From an uncultured delta proteobacterium (GTDB lineage: Bacteria; Desulfobacterota; Binatia; UBA9968), in NCBI GenBank assembly GCA_963755715.1, contig CAVWLW010000033.1, positions 192,001 to 256,000 of the forward strand: a DNA stretch of 64,000 nucleotides, written 5' to 3'. The notes beneath the pieces are model-generated. The model was not told the origin of the DNA, made no database searches, and worked only from the letters and a program-made list of their open reading frames with translations. Positions within the stretch are counted from its first letter, which is position 1. Each line of letters starts with the position of its first letter. Of the stretch, positions 30,654 to 41,733 are shown piece by piece. The translations under genes were made by a program, and so were the position numbers.

Positions 30654-31401
30654 TTATCGCGACGGATGATGGCGATATTTCTTTTCGATGCCAAATAGGT
30701 TGATGAACTCGCCGAAAACGCGCGCGCTCAGCTCATGGAGTCGCGCTATGTGCTCCGGCGTATCTCGCGTGAATGCGCTCGGGATCGATCGTCCCGCCGA
30801 GCGCCGCGATTTCCTTACGGTTCTCGGCGACCCGCAGCCAGCGATGAATCATCGGCTCGTCGACTTCCAGATGAAATTGAAAGCCGTAGACGTTGTTGCC
30901 GTAACGAAACGCCTGGTTGGCGCACAGGGAAGAAAAGGCGAGATGGCGAGTGCTTTTGGGGATATCGAAGGTCTCGCCGTGCCACTGAAAGATTTTCTCC
31001 GTTGTTTGAAACATCATCAGTAGCGGATCGTTCTCCGCGTGATCGGTCGGCGAGACGTCGTACCAGCCGATTTCCTTTTCCTTGTTCGCGTAGACGTCGG
31101 CGCCGAGAGTTTTCGCGATCAATTGCGCGCCCAGACAGATCCCCAGCACCGGCAGGTTTTTTTTCATCGCCTCTTCGATCAATTTCATTTCGATCGTCAG
31201 ATGCGCTAGCCGCCCGGTGTCGTTGACGCTCATCGGTCCGCCTAAAACGACCAGGCCGTCGTACCCATTCAGGCTAGGCTCGGCATCCGGATGGCGCGCG
31301 AAATTCACGTAGCGGATGCGAAATCCGGCGCGCTTCAAAAGCGGATTGAGAGTGCCCAAGATCTCGTGCGGCACATGCTGAAAGACGAGGAGCTTTTTCA
31401 T
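30654..31401 (-). CDS. Class I glutamine amidotransferase (frameshift near 30770)
   Basis: LGGPMS, GICLGAQ, QWHGE, QFHLE. Confidence 0.88.
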
Positions 31402-31530
31402 GGGCAATGGTTCGAGACAATTATAACGAGATGCGCAGAAAAATTAAAATGCCTCGGGCGCGAACGCAAAAACCGCTAGTGGCGGATGGCTGCGAGTGAT
31501 AATAGTTAGCGTAGAACGGCGAGGATCACG

Positions 31531-33093
31531 ATGAAGAATCGAGAGACCGATGCGGCTTGGCAGTACCATAACGGCACGAAACATTCTTACCAAAGCGTTC
31601 GAACGAGCCCGCACTATTTGGACTGGGACAACCAGCCGATTCCTTTAAAAATCTACTCGGCGCTCGAACCGATTTCTTTGCCGGAACATTTATCGTCTTC
31701 GGGAGTGCCGGCGCTTTCGGCCATAGCGAGCGGCGCGGTGGAAACTGCCGCGACTGCCCACGCGCCAATCGCTCGCGGAAATTCTATTTCTTTCCGCCGG
31801 AGTCACCCGGCGAAGAGCTTATCCGGGCGGCGAGATGCTCTTTCGCGCGGCGGCCTGCACGGGCGCGCTCTATCACATCGATCTTTATCTTGTCTGCGGC
31901 GATCTGGAGGATCTCGATGCAGGGGTCTACCAATTCAGTCCGCAAGATTTCTCGCTGCGACGTTTGCGAGCAGGGGATTATCGTTCGATTGTTATTAAAT
32001 GCCAGCGGCGAGGAATCCTCAATTGCCAACGCGCCCTGCGTGATCGTCAGCGCGTCCACGTTCTGGCGCAATGCCTGGAAGTACCAGGCGCGCGCTTATC
32101 GCCACTGCTACTGGGACAACGGCACGATCCTCGCCAATCTTTTGGCCGCTTCGGCGGCGCGCAAGATTCCCGCAAAGGTTGTTCTCGGCTTTGTCGATGC
32201 GATAGTGAATCGGCTTTTGGGTCTGGACAGCCGGCGCGAGGCGCCGCTTTCGCTCGTGGCGCTGGGCCCATCATCGGCAACGAAGATCGGTCCGTCTCCG
32301 CCGATGCCAGCTGCTGGTGTTGGAAACTACACCGCTATCGAGATCCGAAATCGATTACCCCGCGATGAGAGATATGCATGAGGCGTCGTCCTTGGAAAGC
32401 GAAGAGGAAGTTGATGCGTGGCGCGAGGAAACGAGAACGGCGGAAGGCGAAAGAATAAAGGATGAAGACGGCGACAAGCAAATTTTTCCTTTGCAGCTTT
32501 TGAGCAATCAAGACCTTCCTCAAGACACAATCGAGGAGGTGGTCGTTCGGCGCGGATCGACGCGCGAGTTTTCCCGCGATTCGATCACGCTTTGCACAGC
32601 TCTCGACTATGCTCGGCAGCGCGACCCGTGGCATCGAGGCGGATCTTCTCGCTCCGAGCAGGAGTCTTCGTTTAATGAACTCTATTTGATCGTTCATGCG
32701 GTCGAAGGCCTTCCGTCCGGCGCCTACGTCTTTCGCCGCCAGGAGCGCGCATTGGAGTTGCTCAAAGAAGGGGACTTTCGCCGCGAAGCGGGCTATCTCG
32801 GCTTGGGTCAGGAGATTCCGGCGGATTGCAGTGTCAATGTTTATTTTCTGGCGGACCTTGAAAGTATTCTTAAGCGTTTCGGCAATCGCGGCTATCGTGT
32901 GGCACAGCTCGAAGCGGCGATCATGGGCGGAAAGCTTTATTTGGCTGCCTATGCCCAGCGCCTCGGCGCCTCCGGGCTGACATTCTTCGATGACGACGTT
33001 ACTGAATTTTTCTCGCCCCACGCCGCCGGCAAGAGCGTAATGTTTCTGGTTGCGTTGGGAAAGTCGGCAAAGCGGAAAACGGTCCATCCGTAA
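31531..33093 (+). CDS. SagB/ThcOx-like tandem nitroreductase (several frameshifts)
   Basis: YHNGTKH, FRAAACTGALYH, WKYQARAYRH, RRGSTREF, GYRVAQLE, GLTFFDD spread over frames. Confidence 0.8.
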
Positions 33094-33139
33094 TTGAGAC
33101 CACGAGTCTTCCCACGAGCACGTTCGCAACGTGCGCGGC

Positions 33140-34042
33140 TCACCTATAGCTCATCGCGCCGCGCGGCAGCAGAACATCAATCTCTGTGGGAATAGGCAGC
33201 GCACCTTTACTGACCGCCAGCGTATCCGTATTAAGCATTCGCGTTTTCATACCCGCGCTGAACTGTTGAATCAAATAGGGACTGTCGCGATGGTGCATCG
33301 GTATGGCGATCTTCGGTTTTAGCTGAGCCAGGACTTCCTTGGCGAGGTCCGGTCCCATCGTACGCCCACCGCCGATCGGCGTGAGTGCCACGTCGACCTT
33401 GCCGAACGCTTTAATCTGTTGCTCGTTTAGTTTTTGGCTCAAGTCACCCAAATGCGCGATGCAGAGTGTGCCCAGGTCGAAGACGAACGCGGAGCCTTTG
33501 ATGCCTTCGACGATTTCGGCGTTTTGATGGATGGGCACGTTATAGATAAGCGTGTCTTTGACGCTCGTGCTGACTTTGTTCCAGTCCGCGCCATAATTCG
33601 TCAGGCCGCGCAGGATCACGGGGTTGCCCAGGACGATTTGGACGGCGTTGTGGTTGAACATCTCTTTGCCGACCGTGACCACATCGCCGATCACGTTCGG
33701 GTTCGGATACCATCCCGGCCCCAATGGATCGGTGACGATTCGCGTTCCTTTACTGGTGGTGATGAGAAAGAAATTGTGGCCGAAGTATTGAATCGTCGCG
33801 TCGACATTCGCCGCGTAGGCAAGCGAGCCAATCCCGCGCGCCACGTCGGGATCGCGGCAAGCCGACTGAGAGGGGAGGGTAAAGATGAGCAGCGAACTGA
33901 TGAAAACTACCGAACCGAGGATTAACCGAAGTGTTCTAAATGGACGAAGCAGTTCATGAGGCTCACGACCACAAATACGGCTTTTGCCCCAACGCCGCAT
34001 ATCCATGAAGAGCAGGCTATTGGATTGAAATGGAAAAAACAA
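33140..34042 (-). CDS. Secreted MBL-fold protein (start uncertain)
   Basis: YFGHNFF, TDP, HLGD, IPMH. Confidence 0.75.
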   Translation of the reverse strand: MFFPFQSNSLLFMDMRRWGKSRICGREPHELLRPFRTLRLILGSVVFISSLLIFTLPSQSACRDPDVARGIGSLAYAANVDATIQYFGHNFFLITTSKGTRIVTDPLGPGWYPNPNVIGDVVTVGKEMFNHNAVQIVLGNPVILRGLTNYGADWNKVSTSVKDTLIYNVPIHQNAEIVEGIKGSAFVFDLGTLCIAHLGDLSQKLNEQQIKAFGKVDVALTPIGGGRTMGPDLAKEVLAQLKPKIAIPMHHRDSPYLIQQFSAGMKTRMLNTDTLAVSKGALPIPTEIDVLLPRGAMSYR

Positions 34043-34163
34043 TCGCGAGCGCTACTCGACGGAATGGATATTCTGTCGAGCCACGCACGATGTCCGCATG
34101 ATCCTTACGGTTGTTCGGAGCCTCATCCCGGCTGCGCTATTCCCTGTCTACCAGCGCGACGCG

Positions 34164-34898
34164 CTAACGGCTCAAATGCGGCTCGATGCCTTTGATGAGC
34201 CGGTCCATATCGCCATTAAAGTCAGGGTCAGCTCGGATTTGAATGCCGTTGCGATAGGCGAGCGACTTTAGTGAGGGAGGTAGGTCCTCTTCCAACGGCA
34301 TCGACGCCTTTCGGACCAGAACGGGAATCACGGGTATGTTTCGACCCAAGGCGACTTCCAGCTCGATCCTCAACTGATCGCGAGGATCGTCGATGCGCCG
34401 TTTACCCGTGGCGCTGCCTCGCTCAATCCATTGATCCCCGATCACCGCGATCAACACGCGACACTGGCTGAGGGCATTTTCTAGATGCTGTCGGAAGTCG
34501 ATTCCCAGTGGAATCGAGTCCACGTCTTTGAAAACTACATCCCTGGCAAAACGTTGCAAAAGTCGCTCGTGAATCCTTCCCGTAACGTCGGCGCTATCAT
34601 CCCGGCGATAGGAAATAAACACGCTTCCGCGCGGGTGACCTTGTGTCGATGGAAAACTCGCCGGCTTTGGCTGCTGCGCTGGCGGCTCGCTAACACGCGG
34701 CGCTTCGCCACTCTTGTTTGTGAAGGATCTAAAAAGAAAAAATCCGACAGCCGCTATGACTATTATGCCAATGCCCCATGCGATCCATGTGACATCGGAT
34801 TGGCTCTTTTCCGGCGTGTATGCCTCCTGCCCAAACGCAATCGCCGAGCCAAACGCAAGTAGCGGCGCAAGGAAATATCCAACGGGTTTCGGCGTCAT
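34164..34898 (-). CDS. Membrane-anchored TIR-domain protein
   Basis: RBS AGGAGGAG; signal peptide, TM helix, VFISYRRDD, DVDSIPLG, RIELEVAL, IPVIPVL. Confidence 0.85.
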   Translation of the reverse strand: MTPKPVGYFLAPLLAFGSAIAFGQEAYTPEKSQSDVTWIAWGIGIIVIAAVGFFLFRSFTNKSGEAPRVSEPPAQQPKPASFPSTQGHPRGSVFISYRRDDSADVTGRIHERLLQRFARDVVFKDVDSIPLGIDFRQHLENALSQCRVLIAVIGDQWIERGSATGKRRIDDPRDQLRIELEVALGRNIPVIPVLVRKASMPLEEDLPPSLKSLAYRNGIQIRADPDFNGDMDRLIKGIEPHLSR

Positions 34899-34947
34899 CG
34901 AGATACTCCTCCTAATCTTTACGGCTTGCACGCCACTCCACTCACGT

Positions 34948-35517
34948 TCATGATACACGCACGGCCCGGATCAAATGGTCCAAATCGGCTTTGATCGTTT
35001 CGAACGGCGCGCCGGGGATAGCATCGCCTTTCTGCTCGTTCATTTCCGCAGCCGTTATCTCCGCGCTGATGTTTGTTAATTGGGGGGCTAAGTCAGGCTT
35101 AACAAGCGTCTGCACGTCGTGCAGCGATATCGCGGCGCGGTCAAGTTCCTTGATTGCCCGGTCGGTCTCCCTCATCGCTTCCGTGAACACTTCGGCATTG
35201 GCTATGTGAAATTTTACGTCAAGGAGGTCCGTCTCGGCGGGGCTCGATGCGCGCAAGAATTCCCACTGGGATGCGTTGTACTCCATCAACCATTCGTTAA
35301 AAAACTTTCCCCGGCGCCAGGTATCATTGAGGAACGCTGCCGCGCGGCTGAACGCTGCTGGCATCCGTGAACTCCGCGCAGATTCACCGTCCACTGTAAA
35401 AACGTATCGCTCCCATTGGTCGCGACCGGGGCCAAAAACAGTGGCTGAGTGTTGGATGCTAAGAAGGGTTATAAGGAGAAGGACAAAACACAAATTGAGA
35501 AAAGCGTATCTCCACAT
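34948..35517 (-). CDS. Hypothetical protein with N-terminal TM/signal and helical domain
   Basis: 189-aa ORF with AAGGAG RBS, co-oriented upstream of the TIR gene. Confidence 0.55.
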   Translation of the reverse strand: MWRYAFLNLCFVLLLITLLSIQHSATVFGPGRDQWERYVFTVDGESARSSRMPAAFSRAAAFLNDTWRRGKFFNEWLMEYNASQWEFLRASSPAETDLLDVKFHIANAEVFTEAMRETDRAIKELDRAAISLHDVQTLVKPDLAPQLTNISAEITAAEMNEQKGDAIPGAPFETIKADLDHLIRAVRVS

Positions 35518-35882
35518 ACAAGTCTCCTTCTATCGATACTTCACAAGGTCATCCTATTTAATGCGTATCCACCCGAGATTCTACACCAAACAAAGTGTCG
35601 GGTCATCTGGGGTCGGGTCAGGCGTCTCAATGAGAGACTGAGCTGCTCCGCAATGCGTATCGCATAAGACGATCCCGTCGAGGTCGGTAAACTTCTATTG
35701 ATAATGCTCCCACTGCCGTGGTGCATGGTTTCTTGATCCACATCGGGCTCGCTCGAGTTGAACTGCAACAAAGCCGACCGGGTTACAGTGACCTTGCCGC
35801 TTTCGCCCGATCAGCGAAGGTTACCGACAGCTCATCACAAACGGGTAAAGCCGGAAGGCGACTCCTTTGCTTCATCATCTTG

Positions 35883-38207
35883 TCATGGTTCCCCGGGGAG
35901 CGGGCCGAACGCTGCCGGCGGCCGGCGGTGTTTGGTCACCGCTTCGTATGCCGAAGCGGCTTTTAAGATCGTCGATTCCTCCCCCGGGCCGGCCCAGAAC
36001 GACAAGCTGATCGGCAAGCCCGGCGCATCGAGCAAGGTCCGTTCGGTGCCCGAAACACTCCGATAGCTTCTGGTGTCGGAACTGAGCGCGAACTTGGGCT
36101 CGTAGACCACGCGATTGAAACCGGCCGGCACGACGATTTCCGGGATACCTGCGTCGGCGGTGAACGCGTAACGGTTGCTCGGCCGGCTGTTGATCTCGGG
36201 TTCTACCGGCCCGCCGATCTTCGGGATCGGAATCGTGGTCAGTGGATTTACCAGGACATCGAGATTGTTTTCGCGCATCACTTTGAGCACCACCCGTTGC
36301 ATCACTTCGCGCATTTTGATGCGTTCGGTGAGTCCGTCGGAGCGAATGTCGTTAAGATTCTGCCAATTGATGAACGCCGCCAGCTTATCGCCGGAATAGT
36401 AAGTCGCATTAGCGTTGAGTGTGGGCCAGTCTTTGACCTTGGCGTCGCCGCGGCGCAACAAGTATTGGCTGAGATGAAATCTGAAGCTCGACGTGCGCGG
36501 AAAATTTGTAATGCGGCGTAGATTGAGATTGGGTGGGAAGGGCTCCAGCCCCTCGGCGGCGCGGGCCATATATTCCGCCGGTGAAAGTGTGCCGCCGCCG
36601 GGCGTTTTGCCGACGTTGACATTGATCTTGCTCGCGAAGAGGGGAAACTCCGCCTCGCCGGTGCTGTTCGTCTTGAACAGATATTCGGGCATATGGAACG
36701 GCAGGATTTCCGCGAGCGCTTCTTGAAAGGTCGGTTTCAGATTGGGGATCGTCGGATCGTCCGGATAGAGCGGATCGACGGACTCAAATAATTGGGCGCC
36801 CAATTTGTCGCGCAGGATGCTCTTGATCTCTTTATCGATCTGATCGCTGATAGCGGCGTCATTGGGCGTGTGCTTGACCATGAATTCGCGCACGATGCCG
36901 ATGCGCATGCCGGCCAGGCTCTTTTGCTGGGCAAAACTGGCGTAGGGTTTTTGCGCGATCAACGCCTTGGGCAGCGCGGTATAAATATCGCGGGGGTCGT
37001 AGTAGCCGCGCTTTGGATCCTGCAAGGCGTCGAGGACGATCGCGGTGTCTTTGACCGTGCGGCAGTGAATCCCGGCTCGATCGATAAACGGGTCGGCGCC
37101 GATACCGCCGCCGAATGAGATGATCGCTTTACCGGTATTCAAGTTGGCGAGACCGTTATACGCCGCGGGAACGCGGCAGGAGCCGCCGGTTTCTTCGCAA
37201 ATCGAGCAGGTGACCAGATTGGCTGCCACAGACACACCTGAACCCGAGCTTGACGCCGCTTGCGCGGGAGCGCGCTCGGTATCGTAGGGGTTACAGGGAT
37301 TGCCGGCCCAGGTGCTACGGGAATTGCCCGCGCCGAGTACGACGGCATCTGCCTTGGCCGCGCCGCCGGGATCGCCGCTGGCGCCGTTGTATTCGCTCAA
37401 GTTGGCCTTGGCGAGAATGATCGCGCCCTTGGCGCGAAGCTGCGCCACAATCGTCGAGTCCGCCGGAGCCGCGTCCATGCCGTAGGCAACGTCCGCACCG
37501 CCCGTCGAGCGCATATCCTTGGTGTCAAAAATGTCTTTGATCGAAAACGGCGTGCAGTAAAGCGGCAGCGCGGCGAGATTCGGGTTGGCGCCGAACTGGC
37601 GGTCCAACTCCCGCGCCCGTTCAAGTCCGTCGGGCTGGGCGCGGAATGCCTCGCAGCTCTGACTGCAAGTGTTCGGCAGCGCGCCTTTCGACGGATGCAG
37701 GTCGCACGTGGCTTTACAGGTCGCGGAGCGTTCGCCGCGGATGTTGACGGTGCTTAGCGAGCGCAGCTTGCCCGCATTTTTCACGCCGCGAATGTAGCCG
37801 TAGGTTTGCAGCTTTGCCGGATCGGAAATCGTCGCCTGCATGACGCCGGGTTGCAGCGGCGTTCCCGTGTACTTGGCGACGTCGGGAAAGAAATTCTTCG
37901 GATCGCCGGCGTCATTGGGATTTACGGGCGCGACACACATGCCGTCGTAGGCGCGGATTCGGTTGAGGTAGGCTTGCACCACCTGCTCGCAGGTGATTTG
38001 CCGCGACTTGATCGCGCGGTGGATATCTTCGATCCTTGCTTCTTCGAGATGAAACTTCGATGGTGCCGGCGCCTTGGCGGCCGACGGCGGCTTGGCGACT
38101 TGTGCGTAGATTATCGCCGGCACAATGTTCAACAGGCTGATTGCCGCGACCCAGATCGTTAAACAGCGCTTCAAAGCGCTCCCGACGTTCGCAATGTCCT
38201 CCATCAT
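35883..38207 (-). CDS. Amidase signature family protein (large, probably exported)
   Basis: SIKD, SSSGSG, EETGGSCR. Confidence 0.88.
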   Translation of the reverse strand: MMEDIANVGSALKRCLTIWVAAISLLNIVPAIIYAQVAKPPSAAKAPAPSKFHLEEARIEDIHRAIKSRQITCEQVVQAYLNRIRAYDGMCVAPVNPNDAGDPKNFFPDVAKYTGTPLQPGVMQATISDPAKLQTYGYIRGVKNAGKLRSLSTVNIRGERSATCKATCDLHPSKGALPNTCSQSCEAFRAQPDGLERARELDRQFGANPNLAALPLYCTPFSIKDIFDTKDMRSTGGADVAYGMDAAPADSTIVAQLRAKGAIILAKANLSEYNGASGDPGGAAKADAVVLGAGNSRSTWAGNPCNPYDTERAPAQAASSSGSGVSVAANLVTCSICEETGGSCRVPAAYNGLANLNTGKAIISFGGGIGADPFIDRAGIHCRTVKDTAIVLDALQDPKRGYYDPRDIYTALPKALIAQKPYASFAQQKSLAGMRIGIVREFMVKHTPNDAAISDQIDKEIKSILRDKLGAQLFESVDPLYPDDPTIPNLKPTFQEALAEILPFHMPEYLFKTNSTGEAEFPLFASKINVNVGKTPGGGTLSPAEYMARAAEGLEPFPPNLNLRRITNFPRTSSFRFHLSQYLLRRGDAKVKDWPTLNANATYYSGDKLAAFINWQNLNDIRSDGLTERIKMREVMQRVVLKVMRENNLDVLVNPLTTIPIPKIGGPVEPEINSRPSNRYAFTADAGIPEIVVPAGFNRVVYEPKFALSSDTRSYRSVSGTERTLLDAPGLPISLSFWAGPGEESTILKAASAYEAVTKHRRPPAAFGPLPGEP

Positions 38208-38359
38208 GGCTGCCTCCTGGGATATAAATTCGAACTTCTTCTATCATGTTTGTCGTCCATCGGGGGAAATTTTGCAGCAACACCCCTTGTCTCACTCCCT
38301 TGGTTAATTTTCCGGCCTTTGGTACGTTTCGAAAAAACCCGGCTGATCGGAGGTGCGCG

Positions 38360-39322
38360 ATGAAAAACATTCTTGTGGCTGCGGTGACGATTCTATTGTC
38401 TCTCGCCGGCGCCGTTCGCGCCGCAGATAAGATTAGAATCGGAGTGCCGCAACAGGTCGTGCATTGGATGGTTTTTCCTTTGGCGCAACAAAAGGGCTTT
38501 TTCAAAGAGGAAGGATTCGACGCGGAAATCGTTCGCATCACCGGTCCGTCCGGCAGATCGGCTCTGATGAGCGGCGATATCGATTATTACACGACCATCG
38601 CTTTCATCGTTCAATCGGCGATCTTAGGTTTGCCGGTCAAAGTCGTCGCCGCTTATGTGACCTGTCCGCCCTTCGTGTTGATGTCGCGCCCCGAGTTCAA
38701 GTCGGCGCAGGATCTGAAGGGCAAAACCATGGGCATCGGCGCGCCGCCTGGCAGCTCGCCGGACGTGATCGCCAAGCTTTCGCTCAGGCACATTGGCTTG
38801 AATCCGGATAGGGACGTGAAGTTCGTCTACTTGAACTCGCACGAGCGAACGTTTCTCGCTCTCGAACAGGGACTCTATGCCGTGGGATTGATACCGCCGC
38901 CCTTCGATTTTCAGGGGAAAAAGCTTGGCTTCAACTCGCTCGCTCGAGCCGACGAGATTCTCACCTACCCCGAAGACGGATTGATCGCCACCGTGAAAAA
39001 AATCAAAGAGAAGCCTGACGAAGTAAAGCGCGTGATTCGCGCCGGCATCAAGGCCAATCGGTATATCCGGACGCAGCGCGAGGGAACGATCCAATTTTTG
39101 ATGGAATGGCAGAAAGTCAATCGGGAAACGGCGAGCGCCAACTACGACAGCGCCGTGCGGGTTTTCAACGACGACGGCGCGCTGCCGGAAGCCGGCCTGC
39201 GGTTGATCATCGACGAAGCGAAAAAAACCGCTAAAGTGGAGCGCGAAATACCCCTCAACGAAATCGCCGATCTTTCGATCCTGAGAGAAGCACAAAAGGA
39301 GCTGGGAATTAAGCCGAAATAG
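38360..39322 (+). CDS. ABC transporter substrate-binding protein (SsuA/NMT1-like)
   Basis: Signal peptide, KGFFKEEG, DLKGKT. Confidence 0.85.
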   Translation: MKNILVAAVTILLSLAGAVRAADKIRIGVPQQVVHWMVFPLAQQKGFFKEEGFDAEIVRITGPSGRSALMSGDIDYYTTIAFIVQSAILGLPVKVVAAYVTCPPFVLMSRPEFKSAQDLKGKTMGIGAPPGSSPDVIAKLSLRHIGLNPDRDVKFVYLNSHERTFLALEQGLYAVGLIPPPFDFQGKKLGFNSLARADEILTYPEDGLIATVKKIKEKPDEVKRVIRAGIKANRYIRTQREGTIQFLMEWQKVNRETASANYDSAVRVFNDDGALPEAGLRLIIDEAKKTAKVEREIPLNEIADLSILREAQKELGIKPK

Positions 39323-39354
39323 TCGCAACTGTCGCGCGCGTCAATGGGAGGCGG

Positions 39355-39744
39355 TCACGGGTTTGCGTACGTAATGGCCGAAATCACCGCGCCTTGCGGG
39401 TCCTGGATCACGCAGAAGCGACCGACGGTCGGGATATCCTGTGGTCCCATCAAGATCTTTCCCCCAAGTTGCTGCACGTTTTTGGCGACTGCATCGACGT
39501 CAGTGACGGTAACATAGCATGCCCAGTGCGGAGGCATGCCTGGCGCTTGCGACGGTATCGACATTATTCCACCGATGCCCTTTCCACCGACTTTTACGAC
39601 CGTGTAAGTCATGCCGGGCGTGACACTCATCTCTTCAGTTGTCCAACCGAACAGCTTTGTGTAAAAGTCCTTGGCCGCATTGGCATCGGTGGTCATCAAT
39701 TCGCACCAACTGAAAGCACCGTGGGTTTTTAATTGTTCATCCAT
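39355..39744 (-). CDS. VOC/glyoxalase family protein
   Basis: WCELMTTD, FYTKLFGW, DPQGA. Confidence 0.9.
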   Translation of the reverse strand: MDEQLKTHGAFSWCELMTTDANAAKDFYTKLFGWTTEEMSVTPGMTYTVVKVGGKGIGGIMSIPSQAPGMPPHWACYVTVTDVDAVAKNVQQLGGKILMGPQDIPTVGRFCVIQDPQGAVISAITYANP

Positions 39745-40019
39745 CTTTGTGTCCTCCGTGCCTTGACTCTAACACCGGCGCAACCGCCGACAAGGGCTGG
39801 GCTGATCGATATGAAGTCAAGGCAGCTTGGAAGTTTGTTCGGAACGGCAGCAAATTTCTGCCAGTTTGTTCGTAATAAGAGGATGCGCCAAGCCGATCGT
39901 CGGGCGGTCTGGTATTTCGAGATTGATCATGGAAACATAATTTATCCCCGAAGTTTCCGGAAGTTTCGTCGCGCTGATTCTCCAAGTCCGGAGCCAGGCG
40001 TTCCGGCTGGGATCAGCTA

Positions 40020-41579
40020 ATGCCGCCCCAAGATTTGACTAACGATTCCGTCAAACGACTTTTGCCGTGGCTGGTCGCCATAGCCGTATTTATGGAGTCG
40101 CTCGACACGACCATCCTGAACACGGCGGTGCCGGCGATCGCGGCGGCGCTCCAGGTGGCGCCTCTCAGCATGAAGGCGGTTCTCTCCAGCTACACTTTAA
40201 GCTTGGCGGTCTTCATTCCGGTGAGCGGCTGGATGGCGGATCGCTATGGAACCCGCCGGGTATTTTCCGCCGCGATTGGCATGTTCACGATCGGATCGAT
40301 CCTGTGCGGAATCTCTAATAGCATTCACATGCTCGTCATTTGCCGTATTCTTCAGGGCTGCGGCGGGGCGATGATGGTGCCGGTCGGCCGCTTAACCATG
40401 GTTCGAACATTCGCCAAATCGGAACTCATCCGCGCCATGAGCTTCGTCGCCGTCCCGGCACTCGTTGGCCCGATGCTGGGCCCTGTAGCCGGCGGCGTCA
40501 TCGTGGGATTTCTTCACTGGCGGATGATTTTCTTCATCAATGTGCCGATCGGTCTCCTCGGCCTGTATTTCATTTATCGCCACCTGCCGGACTATCGCGA
40601 AGTACGCATCGACCCGCTCGATATCACCGGTATGATTCTCTTTGGCGCCGGCGTCGCGCTTCTGTCGTACGTCTTGGAAGTGTTTGGCGAGCACACTCTG
40701 AGCGTTGTGGAAATACTCGGCCTGTTGGCGCTCTCCATCGTGCTGCTCTCGGGCTATGGGCGCCACGCGACGACGACACTACATCCGCTGCTGCGTCTCG
40801 GCCTGTTTCGCATCCGAACTTTCCGCGCCGCAGTCGCCGGCGGCTTCATCACGCGTCTGGGCGTGGGTGGAATGCCGTTTCTTCTTCCGCTGCTTTACCA
40901 GGTCGGACTCGGCTACACGCCGGTGCAATCTGGATTCCTGATTATGCCTCAAGCCCTCGCGGCAATGAGCTTGAAAATGTCTATGCCTCTCGTGCTGACG
41001 CGTTTCGGCTACCGCCGGGTGCTGATCTACAACACAGTGATCATTGGCACGATCCTCGTGCTGTTCTCCACCATCGGGCCGGGGACGCCGGTCTGGCTCA
41101 TCGTGCTTCAAGCCTTCTGTTTCGGATTTTTTTCCTCGCTGCAATACACGAGTATGAATACGCTCGTGTACGCCGATGTCAGTGAAAGCGACACCAGCAT
41201 GGCAAGCACCATCGCAAGCACCGTTCAACAGATGTCGATCAGCTTCGGCGTTGCAGCGGCCTCGTTGGCAGCGGCGCTCTTCATCCCCGATCGGTTTAAC
41301 TCCGACGCCGCGCAGATGATCCATGGCGTGCACCAGGCTTTCCTGGTGCTCGGCGGGCTAACCATTCTTTCCACGATAGTTTTTCGTGAATTGAAACCCA
41401 ATGATGGTGACAACGTCAGCCAGCACAACGTCATCGTCCCGCAAGGCCCACAGGAAATCGCCGTCACACCAGCGGCCGCAAGACCTCTGATCCTCAACGA
41501 TCGAAGCGCGGACCGCGAGTCAGTTGAATTTAATTTGGGCAATCCCAACAATATCTTCATTTTCCCCGTATATAATTGA
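40020..41579 (+). CDS. DHA2-family MFS transporter
   Basis: LDTTILNTA, GWMADRYG, about 14 TM segments. Confidence 0.9.
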   Translation: MPPQDLTNDSVKRLLPWLVAIAVFMESLDTTILNTAVPAIAAALQVAPLSMKAVLSSYTLSLAVFIPVSGWMADRYGTRRVFSAAIGMFTIGSILCGISNSIHMLVICRILQGCGGAMMVPVGRLTMVRTFAKSELIRAMSFVAVPALVGPMLGPVAGGVIVGFLHWRMIFFINVPIGLLGLYFIYRHLPDYREVRIDPLDITGMILFGAGVALLSYVLEVFGEHTLSVVEILGLLALSIVLLSGYGRHATTTLHPLLRLGLFRIRTFRAAVAGGFITRLGVGGMPFLLPLLYQVGLGYTPVQSGFLIMPQALAAMSLKMSMPLVLTRFGYRRVLIYNTVIIGTILVLFSTIGPGTPVWLIVLQAFCFGFFSSLQYTSMNTLVYADVSESDTSMASTIASTVQQMSISFGVAAASLAAALFIPDRFNSDAAQMIHGVHQAFLVLGGLTILSTIVFRELKPNDGDNVSQHNVIVPQGPQEIAVTPAAARPLILNDRSADRESVEFNLGNPNNIFIFPVYN

Positions 41580-41733
41580 GCTTGCCAAAAATCAGCACGA
41601 GCATTCAAAAGGGGAGCATGAAAATTCGGATGAACTCCGCGTGAAGTTCAGCGCGGCGGGACGCTTTGTTCGAGCGCGTCACTTGTTCGCAGCCGATGAG
41701 TGAGAAGCTGAGAAAGAAAGGCCGCTGTTAGCG

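Noticed and set aside
35541-35880. Short ORFs between the amidase and the TIR pair
   Set aside because: No RBS or motif support; possibly decayed sequence.
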